Source: Clostridia bacterium (GTDB lineage Bacteria > Bacillota > Clostridia > Oscillospirales > CAG-272). From it: a stretch of 64,000 bases of DNA. Where the stretch lies: positions 3,768-67,767 of the forward strand of contig JAFYBN010000059.1 of NCBI GenBank assembly GCA_017540175.1, read 5' to 3'. The notes below the pieces were generated by a model. The model saw nothing but the letters and a program-made list of their open reading frames with translations. It did no database searches and was not told where the DNA came from. Below are positions 18,924 through 27,578 of this stretch, in pieces. The translations under genes and the position numbers were made by a program. Position 1 is the first letter of the stretch. Every line of letters begins with the position of its first letter.

Positions 18924-19494
18924 AGTCTTTCAGCTCCTTTCCGAGTTTTTTCAGGCTTTTGTGCAGAATCAGCCCGACTGCCGCCGTGGTCATGCCGTGT
19001 TCTTCGGCGATCTCGCGGTAGGTCCGGTCGAAATAATAGCGTTCCACGACGATTTCCCGCGCGGGGGAGCCGAGGTTTTCGACGGCGCGGCGGGTCGCTG
19101 CCTCCCCCTCCGTCCGCAGAAGAACGGTGAGCGGATCGGTGCGGTCTCCCCCGTCCCCGGCTTCGCTCTCGTCCCCGTCCCCGCCGTCGTCGGAAGGGGG
19201 AAAGAGGGTGATTTTCGGGCGGCGCGCGTTTTTGCGGATGTAATCGGCCGTGACGTTCTGCGTCATCATCATGAGGTTCGCGTTTTGAACATGCTCCGTC
19301 TGACCCACGAAGCGGGATTTGTACCGCACGACCTTCAAAAAGACTTCCTCGGTCAGATCCTCCGCGAGCTCGCGGTTTTCGGCGAAGGAGATGCCGAGCC
19401 TTCGGCAGATCAGCGCCGTGACGTGCTTTTTTCTTTTTTCGTACAGTTCGCTGAGCTCCCGGCTGTCCCGGTCGCCGCTGTCCGCGAAGAGCAT
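18904..19494 (-). CDS. Sigma-70-family (ECF-like) RNA polymerase sigma factor
   Basis: Region 2 (DLTEEVFLKVVRY) and region 4 HTH (YREIAEEHGMTTAAVGLILHKSLKKL). Strong AAGGAGG RBS. Confidence 0.85.
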   Translation of the reverse strand: MLFADSGDRDSRELSELYEKRKKHVTALICRRLGISFAENRELAEDLTEEVFLKVVRYKSRFVGQTEHVQNANLMMMTQNVTADYIRKNARRPKITLFPPSDDGGDGDESEAGDGGDRTDPLTVLLRTEGEAATRRAVENLGSPAREIVVERYYFDRTYREIAEEHGMTTAAVGLILHKSLKKLGKELKDYAQTED

Positions 19495-19716
19495 CGGTCA
19501 CATCCCTCCTTTCTGGGGCGCCGAAATCGGCATAATCATCCTTTTATACTATTATACGCGCGGACGCCGGAAATATTTCGCCATAGCGCAAAAAATTTTG
19601 TTTTTTTCATTTTTTCCGTCGAAAAAACCGGCAGAAAGCGGCGCATGGGTCTTTTCAAATCCCCCCGGAGGGTGTATAATGGGCGTGGAATCATGCGTGA
19701 CAAGCGGAGGATGCAG

Positions 19717-20841
19717 ATGAAGATCGTTTTGGAACACCTCACGAAGATATTCAAGAACCTCGACAAAAGGATCAAGGAGCCCGTGATCGCCGTGAGCGAT
19801 TTTACGTTCGAGATACCGGACGGCTCGCTCATCGGACTGCTCGGGCCCTCCGGCTGCGGGAAAAGCACGACGCTGAACCTCATCAGCGGGCTTGAGGAGC
19901 CCACGGAGGGGCGGATCTATTTCGGCGACAAGGACGTGACCGACCTTCCCCCCGAAAAGCGCGGCGTCGGGCTCGTTTTCCAGAACTACGCGCTCTACCC
20001 GCACATGACCGTGCTCGAAAACATCATGTTCCCCCTCGGCAATCTGCGCGGGGAGGACCGCCTGACCAAGGAAGAAATGCGGGACCGCGCGGTCCATGCC
20101 GCAGAGCTCGTACAGATCGAAGGCCTTCTCGAACGCCGCCCCGCTGAGATGTCGGGCGGCCAGCAGCAGCGAGTCGCCATCGCGCGGGCGCTCGTGAAGT
20201 CTCCCGAGGTGCTCCTGCTGGACGAGCCTCTTTCGAACCTCGACGCCCGCCTGCGCCTCCAGACCCGCGAAGAGATCCGCCGCATCCAGCGCGCGACGGG
20301 GATCACGACGATCTTCGTGACGCACGACCAGGAGGAGGCGATGAGCATTTCCGATCTCATCGTCGTGATGAAGGACGGCGCGGTGCATCAGATCGCGAAG
20401 CCCCAGGACGTGTACGACGATCCGGTGAATCTCTTTGTCGCGAAATTCCTCGGCACCCCCCAGATCAACGTCTTCTCCGGCGAGATCCGGGACGGCAAGC
20501 TCATGATCGGCCCCGAGGCGGTTTTCGCGGTATCCGGTGCCGAGGACCGTCCCGTGACCGTCGCCGTGCGCCCGGAGGGCTTCCTCCCCGCCGCGGACGG
20601 GGCGCTGAGCTGCGAGCTGAAGCGCGTGGAGGTCATGGGGCGCGACACGAGCGTCGTCTTCTCCCACCCCGCGCTCGACGCGGTTCAGGGGCGCGCCATC
20701 GTCGACGCGTCGCTCACCCGCGATCTTGAGCCGGGAGCGGTGCGCTTCTCCCTGAGGCCGGAAAAGACCCATCTTTTCGACGCGGAGAGCGGAGAAAGGA
20801 TCCGCTGCCGTCTGACGCGGAAGGAGGAGGAGCATGTTTAA
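19717..20841 (+). CDS. Sugar ABC transporter ATP-binding protein (MsmX/MalK/UgpC type)
   Basis: Walker A GPSGCGKST, Q-loop, signature MSGGQQQRVA, Walker B LLLDEP, MalK-type C-terminal regulatory domain. Start set at the ATG at 19717 (GGAGGA RBS); the ORF-track extension upstream is non-coding. Confidence 0.9.
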   Translation: MKIVLEHLTKIFKNLDKRIKEPVIAVSDFTFEIPDGSLIGLLGPSGCGKSTTLNLISGLEEPTEGRIYFGDKDVTDLPPEKRGVGLVFQNYALYPHMTVLENIMFPLGNLRGEDRLTKEEMRDRAVHAAELVQIEGLLERRPAEMSGGQQQRVAIARALVKSPEVLLLDEPLSNLDARLRLQTREEIRRIQRATGITTIFVTHDQEEAMSISDLIVVMKDGAVHQIAKPQDVYDDPVNLFVAKFLGTPQINVFSGEIRDGKLMIGPEAVFAVSGAEDRPVTVAVRPEGFLPAADGALSCELKRVEVMGRDTSVVFSHPALDAVQGRAIVDASLTRDLEPGAVRFSLRPEKTHLFDAESGERIRCRLTRKEEEHV

Positions 20842-21727
20842 GAAAAAGAATCTCAAGGCGTGGCTCTATCTGACGCCCGCGCTTTTGTTCCTCGCCGTCT
20901 TCATGATCTATCCCCTTCTGGACGTCGTCGTGTATTCGTTCGAGGAGGGCTACAATTCCGCGTCGCAGTCCTATTCCGGCGTCGGGGGCTTCAATTTCTC
21001 CTATGTCCTCCGCGACCCGTATTTTCTGCAGGCGCTCAAAAACACCTTCGTGATCGTGCTCATCACGGTGCCCGTTTCCACGGGGCTCGCCCTTCTCGTT
21101 GCCCTCGGGCTGAATTCGATCGGTCCGCTCAAGAAGATGTTCCAGACGATCTATTTCCTGCCCTACGTCACGAACACCCTCGCCGTGGGGCTCGTGTTCA
21201 TGATCCTCTTCAAAAAGACCGCCTATTCCGAAGGACTTGTGAATCTGCTTCTGAAACTCTTCGGCAGCCCGGGCGTGGACTTCATCGACGGCCCGTGGTG
21301 GGCGAAGATCCTCGTCGTGTGCATCTACACCGTCTGGATCGTGATGCCCTTCAAGGTCCTGATCCTCACAAGCGCTCTCGCCTCGGTCGACGAGACGTAT
21401 TACAAGGCGGCGCGGGTGGACGGCACCTCAAAGCCGCGGATCTTCTTCCGCATCACCCTGCCGATGATCTCGCCCATGCTGTTCTATCTCATCATCACGG
21501 GTTTCATCGGGGCGTTCAAGGCGTACAGCGACGAGGTCGCGCTCTTCGGCACCGATCTGAACGCGGCGGGCATGAATACCATCGTCGGCTATGTGTACGA
21601 CATGCTCTACGGCGATTCCGGCGGCTATCCGTCCTTTGCCGCGGCTGCCGCGCTCATTCTGTTCGCCATCGTCTTTACCATCACCTGCATCAACCTGCTC
21701 GTCAGCCGGAAGCATGTGTATTATTGA
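20834..21727 (+). CDS. Carbohydrate ABC transporter permease (MalF/UgpA type)
   Basis: 6-TM permease with an EAA-loop region (YYKAARVDGTSKPRIFFRITLPMISP). Confidence 0.9.
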   Translation: MFKKKNLKAWLYLTPALLFLAVFMIYPLLDVVVYSFEEGYNSASQSYSGVGGFNFSYVLRDPYFLQALKNTFVIVLITVPVSTGLALLVALGLNSIGPLKKMFQTIYFLPYVTNTLAVGLVFMILFKKTAYSEGLVNLLLKLFGSPGVDFIDGPWWAKILVVCIYTVWIVMPFKVLILTSALASVDETYYKAARVDGTSKPRIFFRITLPMISPMLFYLIITGFIGAFKAYSDEVALFGTDLNAAGMNTIVGYVYDMLYGDSGGYPSFAAAAALILFAIVFTITCINLLVSRKHVYY

Positions 21728-21739
21728 GGAGGACAAGGA

Positions 21740-22591
21740 ATGAAACCGAAGAAAAAATCCGTCGGGGCACGGATCGGGAAGGCGGCGGTCTACGCGCTGC
21801 TCTCGCTCTGGACGCTGATCGTGCTCTTTCCGTTTTACTGGATGGTCCTGACCTCGTTCAAAAGCTACAGCTCCTACAACGCCGAGTTCGTTCCGCGCTT
21901 TTTCGTGACCGACCCGACGCTCGCGAATTACGGAAACGCGTTTTCCTCCGTTCCGCTCGGACGCTATTTTCTCAACACACTCATCTTCACCGCCGCAACG
22001 ACTGCGATCATGCTGATCGTGACGGTGCTCGCGGCGTTCGCGTTTTCCCGGCTCGAGTTTGCCGGAAAGAACATCGTCTTCGCGCTCTTTCTGTCGCTCA
22101 TGATGATCCCGAACGAGCTCGTGATCATCACGAATTTCGTCACCATCACGAACTGGGATATGCGCAACACCTTCCTCGGGCTGATTCTGCCGTCGGTCAC
22201 GTCGGTTTTCTATATCTATTTATTGAAAGAAAACTTCGAGCAGATCCCGGACGAGCTCTATAAAGCCGCGAAGGTGGACGGCACGTCCGATTTCAAATAC
22301 CTCGTGCGCGTGATGCTGCCGATCTGCCGCCCGACCCTCGTCACCGTGACGATTCTGAAGGTCATCGAATGCTGGAACTCCTATGTCTGGCCGCGGCTCA
22401 TCACGGACGACAAGTCGTATTTCCTCGTTTCGAACGGCATTCAGGAGATCCGCGAGAACGGCTTCGGGCGCGAAAACATCCCCGCGATGATGGCGGCGGT
22501 GGTGGTGATCTCCCTCCCGCTCATCGTCCTGTTTCTGATCTTCCGCAGCCGGATCATGGCGGGGGTCATGAGAGGGGGCACGAAAAAATGA
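21740..22591 (+). CDS. Carbohydrate ABC transporter permease (MalG/UgpE type)
   Basis: EAA loop LYKAAKVDGTSDFKYLVRVMLPICRP. 283 aa. Confidence 0.9.
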   Translation: MKPKKKSVGARIGKAAVYALLSLWTLIVLFPFYWMVLTSFKSYSSYNAEFVPRFFVTDPTLANYGNAFSSVPLGRYFLNTLIFTAATTAIMLIVTVLAAFAFSRLEFAGKNIVFALFLSLMMIPNELVIITNFVTITNWDMRNTFLGLILPSVTSVFYIYLLKENFEQIPDELYKAAKVDGTSDFKYLVRVMLPICRPTLVTVTILKVIECWNSYVWPRLITDDKSYFLVSNGIQEIRENGFGRENIPAMMAAVVVISLPLIVLFLIFRSRIMAGVMRGGTKK

Positions 22592-24189
22592 AGAGAGGGA
22601 AACTCTTCCCGGCTCTCCTTGCCGCTTTGCTTCTTGTGCCCCTCTTCGCCTCCTGCCACGGCTCCCGCGCGCTCGATCCGTTCGTGATGCCGGAGAGCTT
22701 TGACACGGGACGGCAGTTTGAGATCACCTTCTGGGCGAAGAACGACACGAACAAGACGCAGATGAAGGTCTACACCGACGCGGTCGCGGGCTTTGAGGCG
22801 CTTTATCCGAACGTGAAGGTGAATCTCCGCTTCTATACGGATTACGGGCGGATCTACAACGACGTGATCACGAACATCGCGACCCGCACGACGCCGAACG
22901 TCTGCGTCACCTACCCCGACCACATCGCGACCTATATCACGGGCGTGAACACGGTCGTTCCCCTCGACAGTCTGTTCGCAGATCCCTCCTACGGTTTCGG
23001 CGGCTCCGAGCTGAGATACGACGGACCAGAGCGGGACGAAATGGTCGAAAAATTCCTCGACGAATGTGTGATCGACGGCGAGCATTACGCCATCCCCTTC
23101 ATGCGCTCCACCGAGGCGTGCTATATCAACGTCACCATGCTCGAAAGCCTCGGCTATGAACTCCCCGACGTGCTGACGTGGGATTTCGTCTGGGAGGTCT
23201 CGGACCGGGCGGCGGAGAAGCGGGAGGACGGGATCTACAAGGCGAACGGCCAGAAGACCATGATCCCCTTCATCTACAAGTCCACGGACAACATGATGAT
23301 CCAGTACCTCGCCCAGCGCGGCGCGGGCTATTCCACGCCGGAGGGGGACATCCTTCTGTTCAACGATACCGCGCTCTCCCTGCTCAGGGACGTGGCGCGT
23401 CACACGGCGACGGGCGCGTTTTCCACCTTCAAGATTTCGAGCTATCCCGGCAATTTTCTCAACGCCGGTCAGTGCCTGTTCGCGGTCGACTCCACGGCGG
23501 GCGCGACCTGGATGGGAAGCCTCGCCCCGCACGCCGACATCCCGCCGGAGCAGTTCGTGGAGTACGAGATCGCGGTGCGCCCCATCCCGCAGGCGGACCC
23601 GGAAAACCCGAAAATGATCTCGCAGGGCCCCTCCGTCTGCGTCTTCAACAAGAGCGATCCGCAGGAGGTCCTCGCGTCGTGGCTGTTCGCGCAGTATCTG
23701 CTGACGAACGACGTGCAGATCGGATACGCCTCGAGCGAGGGCTACATTCCCGTGACGAAAAAAGCGCACCAAAGCGAGGCGTACCGGGAATACCTCGAGA
23801 GGGGCGGGGAAGACGGACTCGAACACTATGACGTGAAAATCGCCGCGACCCAGCTTCTGCTCTCAAACATCGACCGCACCTTCGTCACCCCGGTCTTCAA
23901 CGGCTCCGCGTCCCTGCGGGACGCCGCCGGACAGATGATCGAAAACACGTCGAAATCCGTGCGGCGCAGGGAGACCGTGGACGACGCGTATTTCGAGAAG
24001 CTCGTCTCCGACGTACGCTCGCTGTACCGGCTCGATCAGCACACCCCCGGCGCGGGAGGGAGCGGAGCGGAGCTCGGAAAACTGCCCGGCCCGTCCGTCG
24101 CGCTGATTGCCGCGCTTCTCGTCGCATGGCTGGTCATGGGCGGCGTCGTGCTCGCGAGATTTCTGCACAACAGGGAAGGAAAATCTTAA
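22588..24189 (+). CDS. Extracellular solute-binding lipoprotein (family 1) with an additional C-terminal hydrophobic anchor
   Basis: Start at the ATG at 22588 overlapping the upstream stop (ATGA). Lipobox LFASC, SBP body, and a C-terminal LPGPS + 20 hydrophobic residues + RFLHNREGKS. Confidence 0.85.
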   Translation: MKRGKLFPALLAALLLVPLFASCHGSRALDPFVMPESFDTGRQFEITFWAKNDTNKTQMKVYTDAVAGFEALYPNVKVNLRFYTDYGRIYNDVITNIATRTTPNVCVTYPDHIATYITGVNTVVPLDSLFADPSYGFGGSELRYDGPERDEMVEKFLDECVIDGEHYAIPFMRSTEACYINVTMLESLGYELPDVLTWDFVWEVSDRAAEKREDGIYKANGQKTMIPFIYKSTDNMMIQYLAQRGAGYSTPEGDILLFNDTALSLLRDVARHTATGAFSTFKISSYPGNFLNAGQCLFAVDSTAGATWMGSLAPHADIPPEQFVEYEIAVRPIPQADPENPKMISQGPSVCVFNKSDPQEVLASWLFAQYLLTNDVQIGYASSEGYIPVTKKAHQSEAYREYLERGGEDGLEHYDVKIAATQLLLSNIDRTFVTPVFNGSASLRDAAGQMIENTSKSVRRRETVDDAYFEKLVSDVRSLYRLDQHTPGAGGSGAELGKLPGPSVALIAALLVAWLVMGGVVLARFLHNREGKS

Positions 24190-24195
24190 AACACC

Positions 24196-24223
24196 TTGAT
24201 TTTTCGGAAAAAAGCGGTATAAT
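24196..24223 (+). promoter_or_regulatory. Candidate sigma-70 promoter for the lipoprotein gene
   Basis: TTGATT (24196-24201), 16 nt spacer, TATAAT (24218-24223). Confidence 0.45.
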
Positions 24224-24282
24224 AACAAACGGAGAGATCACTTCCAAACTCATTGAATCAAAGAAAGGATGAAAACAAAAGA

Positions 24283-24990
24283 ATGAAAAAACTCCTGTTG
24301 CTCGCGTTTGCGCTGATGATGGTCTTCGCTGTCGTCGCCTGTTCCGATACGGACAAAAAGGGCGAAGGCGTCATGACCTACGCGGAATATGACGCGGCGG
24401 AACTCCAGACCCAGGTCGTGGTCGAGACCTATGTCCAGGCGAAGCAGTCCTGGTGGGACAACAAGGCGACCCTCTACACGCAGGACAAGGACGGCGCGTA
24501 CTTCATCTATGAAGCGGCGTGCTCCGAAGCCGATTACGCAAAGCTGACCCCCGGCACGAAGATCAAGGTTACCGGCTACAAGGCCGAGTGGTCCGGTGAG
24601 ATCGAAATCGCCGACGCCACGTTCGAAATCGAAACCGGAAACTATGTCGCGAAAGCGGAAGACGTCACCTCCCTGCTCGGAACGGACGATCTGGTCAAGC
24701 ATCAGAACAAGTTCGTCTCCTTCAAGGGTATGAAGGTCGAGGCTTACGACGAAAGCGGCGCCGCGTTCGCGTACAAGGATCCGGAGGGCAAGAGCGACGA
24801 CCTTTACTTCAAGGTCTCGAAGGACGGCAAGACGTATGATTTCTGCGTCGAGTACTATCTCTGCGGCAAGGACACCGACGTTTACAAAGCGGTCGAAGGT
24901 TTGAAGGTCGGCGATACCGTCGATATGGAAGGCTTCCTCTACTGGTACAACGGCGCGAACCCGCACATCACGTCCGTAACGGTGAAATAA
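24283..24990 (+). CDS. Small lipoprotein of unknown function (two OB-fold-like halves)
   Basis: MKKLLLLAFALMMVFAVVAC lipoprotein signal. Two internally similar beta-rich halves. The ORF-track start at 24253 is a TTG upstream. Confidence 0.6.
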   Translation: MKKLLLLAFALMMVFAVVACSDTDKKGEGVMTYAEYDAAELQTQVVVETYVQAKQSWWDNKATLYTQDKDGAYFIYEAACSEADYAKLTPGTKIKVTGYKAEWSGEIEIADATFEIETGNYVAKAEDVTSLLGTDDLVKHQNKFVSFKGMKVEAYDESGAAFAYKDPEGKSDDLYFKVSKDGKTYDFCVEYYLCGKDTDVYKAVEGLKVGDTVDMEGFLYWYNGANPHITSVTVK

Positions 24991-25078
24991 GCCCGGTATC
25001 GAATCGGGCGGATAGCACCGCCCACCGCCGAAGCGACGCTGCCGAGGCGCTGCGAGCGCATCCCGTGCCATAAGAAAA

Positions 25079-25117
25079 CTGCCGCGTTTCCTTTCGGAGA
25101 CGCGGCAGCGCTTTTTT
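25079..25117. terminator. Bidirectional terminator between convergent genes
   Basis: 9-bp stem ctgccgcgt/acgcggcag followed by cgctttttt. Confidence 0.7.
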
Positions 25118-25124
25118 GCGGGAT

Positions 25125-26573
25125 TCACAATTCCCTGAGCACCCGGACTCCTCCGTCAAACGTCCCGCGCGAGGTCGTGACGGCGATCCCGTCTCCGGCA
25201 AGCCGACGCACGAGGTGAATGAGGCTGCCTTCGATGATTTCTCCGGGCGCGAGGAGGGGGATTCCGGGGGGATAGGCGGTGAGGAACTCTCCCCCGATCC
25301 GCCCGGCGGCGTCTTCGAGGGGGATGAGCTCGCTTTCCCGAGCCGCGGCGTCGCCCATGGTCATGCGCGCGTCCGGAAGGTCTGCGCGGGCGCCGGAGAG
25401 GGAGGGGGGTGTCCGCCCTTCGTCCGAGACGGCGCGTTCGGCGAGGCACCGGAGAGCGGCAATCAGGGCGTCGGCGTGGCGTTCGTTCGTGCCCGCGCCC
25501 GTCATGAGCAGAACGTACCGCGCCGAGACCATCTCCGGCTCGATGCGAAAGTCCCGCCTCAGGATCTGAGCAGCGTCCGGGCCGCTCATGCCCGGCACGG
25601 CGAGGATCAGCTTGCTCGCGTCAAACGCGAAGACTCCGCTCCCGGGATCAGCGGGATCGGCGGAATACGGATCGTCCGCGGAGCCGGGGACGACGAGCAG
25701 GCCGCGGGCGTTCTCGCGTATCCTCGCGAGGCAAGCGCGCCAGTTTTCAAACAGGGCGTCGTCGCCCATCGCGTTGATACACCCGTCCGCGGAGGCGAGC
25801 AGGGGATAGGAAGGGCTCGAGGTCTCAAAGATCCCGAGCGCGGCGGCGATTCCGTCGGGATCGATCCGGCTGCCGTTCACATGCAGCACGGCGGTCTGCG
25901 TCAGGGCGGGGAGGGTCTTGTGCAGACTCATGAAGACGAGATCGGCTCCGAGCCGCACGGGATTCAAAACAGACGGATCGAGAAAGCCGAGATGTGCCCC
26001 GTGCGCCGCGTCCGCGATGAGGACCGCGCCGTGCCTGTGACAGACCGCCGCGATCGAGGCGACGTCGCTGACGACGCCGTCGTAGGTGGGCGAGGTGATC
26101 ACGAGCGCCGCGGCGGAGGGGGATTTTTCGAACGCCTCTTCCGCGTCGGCAGCCGTGATGCCGAGGGCGAAGCCGAGAGGATGCAGCCGCGGGGCGATAT
26201 ACGTCACGGGCGAGCCCGTGAGCATGGCGGCGTGATAAACCGAGCGGTGGCAGCTGCGGGCGAGGATCAAAGGTCTGCCGTCCTTCACAGCCGTCCAAAC
26301 CGCCGCGAGCGCGCCGACCGTGGAACCTCCTGTGAGGAGGAACGAGCGGTCCGCGCCCCAGCGCCGCGCCGCGCGATCAGACGCGTCCCGAAGAATGCCC
26401 TCCGGCGCGTGAAGATTGTCGAGTCCTTCGATTTCGGTGAAATCGATTCGCGCGGCGTCTCCCAGCCACGGGAACGAGGCGCGCTGATGCCCGGGCATGT
26501 GAAAGGGAACGCGTCCCGCCGCAGAAAACTTCAGGAGCTGATCGTAAAGGGAAGGGGCGTGCTTTTCGTCCAT
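25125..26573 (-). CDS. PLP-dependent Orn/Lys/Arg decarboxylase-family protein
   Basis: …FHMPGHQ…, SLHKTLPALTQTAVLHV (PLP-lysine region), and overall OKR_DC_1-like layout. Start set at the ATG at 26573 (AAAGGA RBS). Confidence 0.82.
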   Translation of the reverse strand: MDEKHAPSLYDQLLKFSAAGRVPFHMPGHQRASFPWLGDAARIDFTEIEGLDNLHAPEGILRDASDRAARRWGADRSFLLTGGSTVGALAAVWTAVKDGRPLILARSCHRSVYHAAMLTGSPVTYIAPRLHPLGFALGITAADAEEAFEKSPSAAALVITSPTYDGVVSDVASIAAVCHRHGAVLIADAAHGAHLGFLDPSVLNPVRLGADLVFMSLHKTLPALTQTAVLHVNGSRIDPDGIAAALGIFETSSPSYPLLASADGCINAMGDDALFENWRACLARIRENARGLLVVPGSADDPYSADPADPGSGVFAFDASKLILAVPGMSGPDAAQILRRDFRIEPEMVSARYVLLMTGAGTNERHADALIAALRCLAERAVSDEGRTPPSLSGARADLPDARMTMGDAAARESELIPLEDAAGRIGGEFLTAYPPGIPLLAPGEIIEGSLIHLVRRLAGDGIAVTTSRGTFDGGVRVLREL

Positions 26574-26597
26574 GACCGGCATCCTTTCTCAAGACGA

Positions 26598-26627
26598 TAA
26601 AAAAGACAGGTTGTGAAAAACCTGTCT
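26598..26627 (-). terminator. Rho-independent terminator immediately downstream of tRNA-Gln
   Basis: Stem agacagg/cctgtct (26604-26627). On the minus strand it is followed by a T-run. Confidence 0.6.
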
Positions 26628-26629
26628 AC

Positions 26630-26700
26630 CAGCGGTACAGGGATTCGAACCCCGACATACAGAGTCAGAGTCTGCTGTGCTACCTTTACACAATACCGCT
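26630..26700 (-). tRNA. tRNA-Gln (anticodon CUG), 71 nt, no encoded CCA
   Basis: Hand-folded cloverleaf: acceptor AGCGGTA/TACCGCT, D-arm GTGT-AAAGGTA-GCAC, anticodon arm GCAGA-CTCTGAC-TCTGT, variable loop ATGT, T-arm CGGGG-TTCGAAT-CCCTG, discriminator G. Confidence 0.9.
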
Positions 26701-26718
26701 GTTTCTCTGACGGGCTAT

Positions 26719-26747
26719 ATTATAGCAGATGCGAAGCGCTTTGTCAA
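26719..26747 (-). promoter_or_regulatory. Consensus sigma-70 promoter driving tRNA-Gln
   Basis: Minus strand: TTGACA (26747-26742), 17 nt spacer, TATAAT (26724-26719). The tRNA 5' end is about 19 nt downstream. Confidence 0.75.
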
Positions 26748-27327
26748 GGGCTTGACGAAAATTTTTTCGGGAAATGCAAAAATGCGGAAATCGATGCGGA
26801 ACCCACAGCCGGAGCCGCGCGCGGCGGAAGAGAAGGGGAGAATGTCGGAACTCTACACATTTGGCGCTTTTTCGGGCATGATTTTCGTTCCGCGGCGCGT
26901 TCCGAGGGGGAAATCCGGGGCCAAACGAGGGTTTTGGAGCGGTTTTTTCAATTTTGTGCATTCTGTCGATGTGTAGAAAATTTCGGCAAAATTTTATGCA
27001 AATCCTCCAAAGACAGATGTCGCCTTTTCATCTTGCCGTCACGGAGATACCACACAGAATTCGGGTGGACGCGCCAGTATAATTTACCCGGCGCAAAACA
27101 ATGGTCCGCGGCGCGTTTCCGTATCCGAAAAACAGCCTGTTTACAAGGCTTTTTCGGCATTTCGGATCGGGAGACAGTAAAAATTATTTACACTTGCAAT
27201 CCGCCCGTCCGGCGCGTCCGGGGCTTTTTCGCCCCGATCCGCGCGCGGCCGCTTTCGGCGGGAAGGTGAGGGAAGGACGAAGTCCGCCGCGGCCTTATGG
27301 GAACGGATGAAAGTCCGTGAAGCGCGC

Positions 27328-27356
27328 TTGACTTTTTTGTGAACATGTGCTATGAT
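27328..27356 (+). promoter_or_regulatory. Sigma-70 promoter of the 12.7-kb ABC-like operon
   Basis: TTGACT (27328-27333), 17 nt spacer, TATGAT (27351-27356) with TGc extended -10. Followed by a ~220-nt leader. Confidence 0.6.
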
Positions 27357-27578
27357 ATGGGCATATAAATATCGGGAGACGTGTCATTTCGCGCGTTTTC
27401 CGGGGATTTTCGGGTAAAAACCGGGGGACGGATCGCCTCGGTTTTGGCCCGAGAGTCCCGAATCCCATGCTTTCGGACGCTCGCTGCCCCGCTCGGGGAG
27501 AAGCACCCGTCGGGAAAGCGGCGGGCGGCGGCCGTCGGTCAGCGGTCGACGCTCAAAAAATTGCAGGAGGAAGGCTCT

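Noticed and set aside
18745-19716. N-terminal 324-aa extension of the ABC ATPase ORF (track start 18745)
   Set aside because: The extension runs antisense through the sigma-factor gene and the divergent promoter region. The conserved ATPase N-terminus begins at MKIVLEHL (19717), preceded by a GGAGGA RBS.
26613-27269. 218-aa plus-strand ORF (and 26677-26976, 26686-26961, 26948-27160)
   Set aside because: The first ORF overlaps the tRNA and its promoter. None has an RBS or domain-like sequence, and composition is erratic. The region is treated as non-coding (see the finding).
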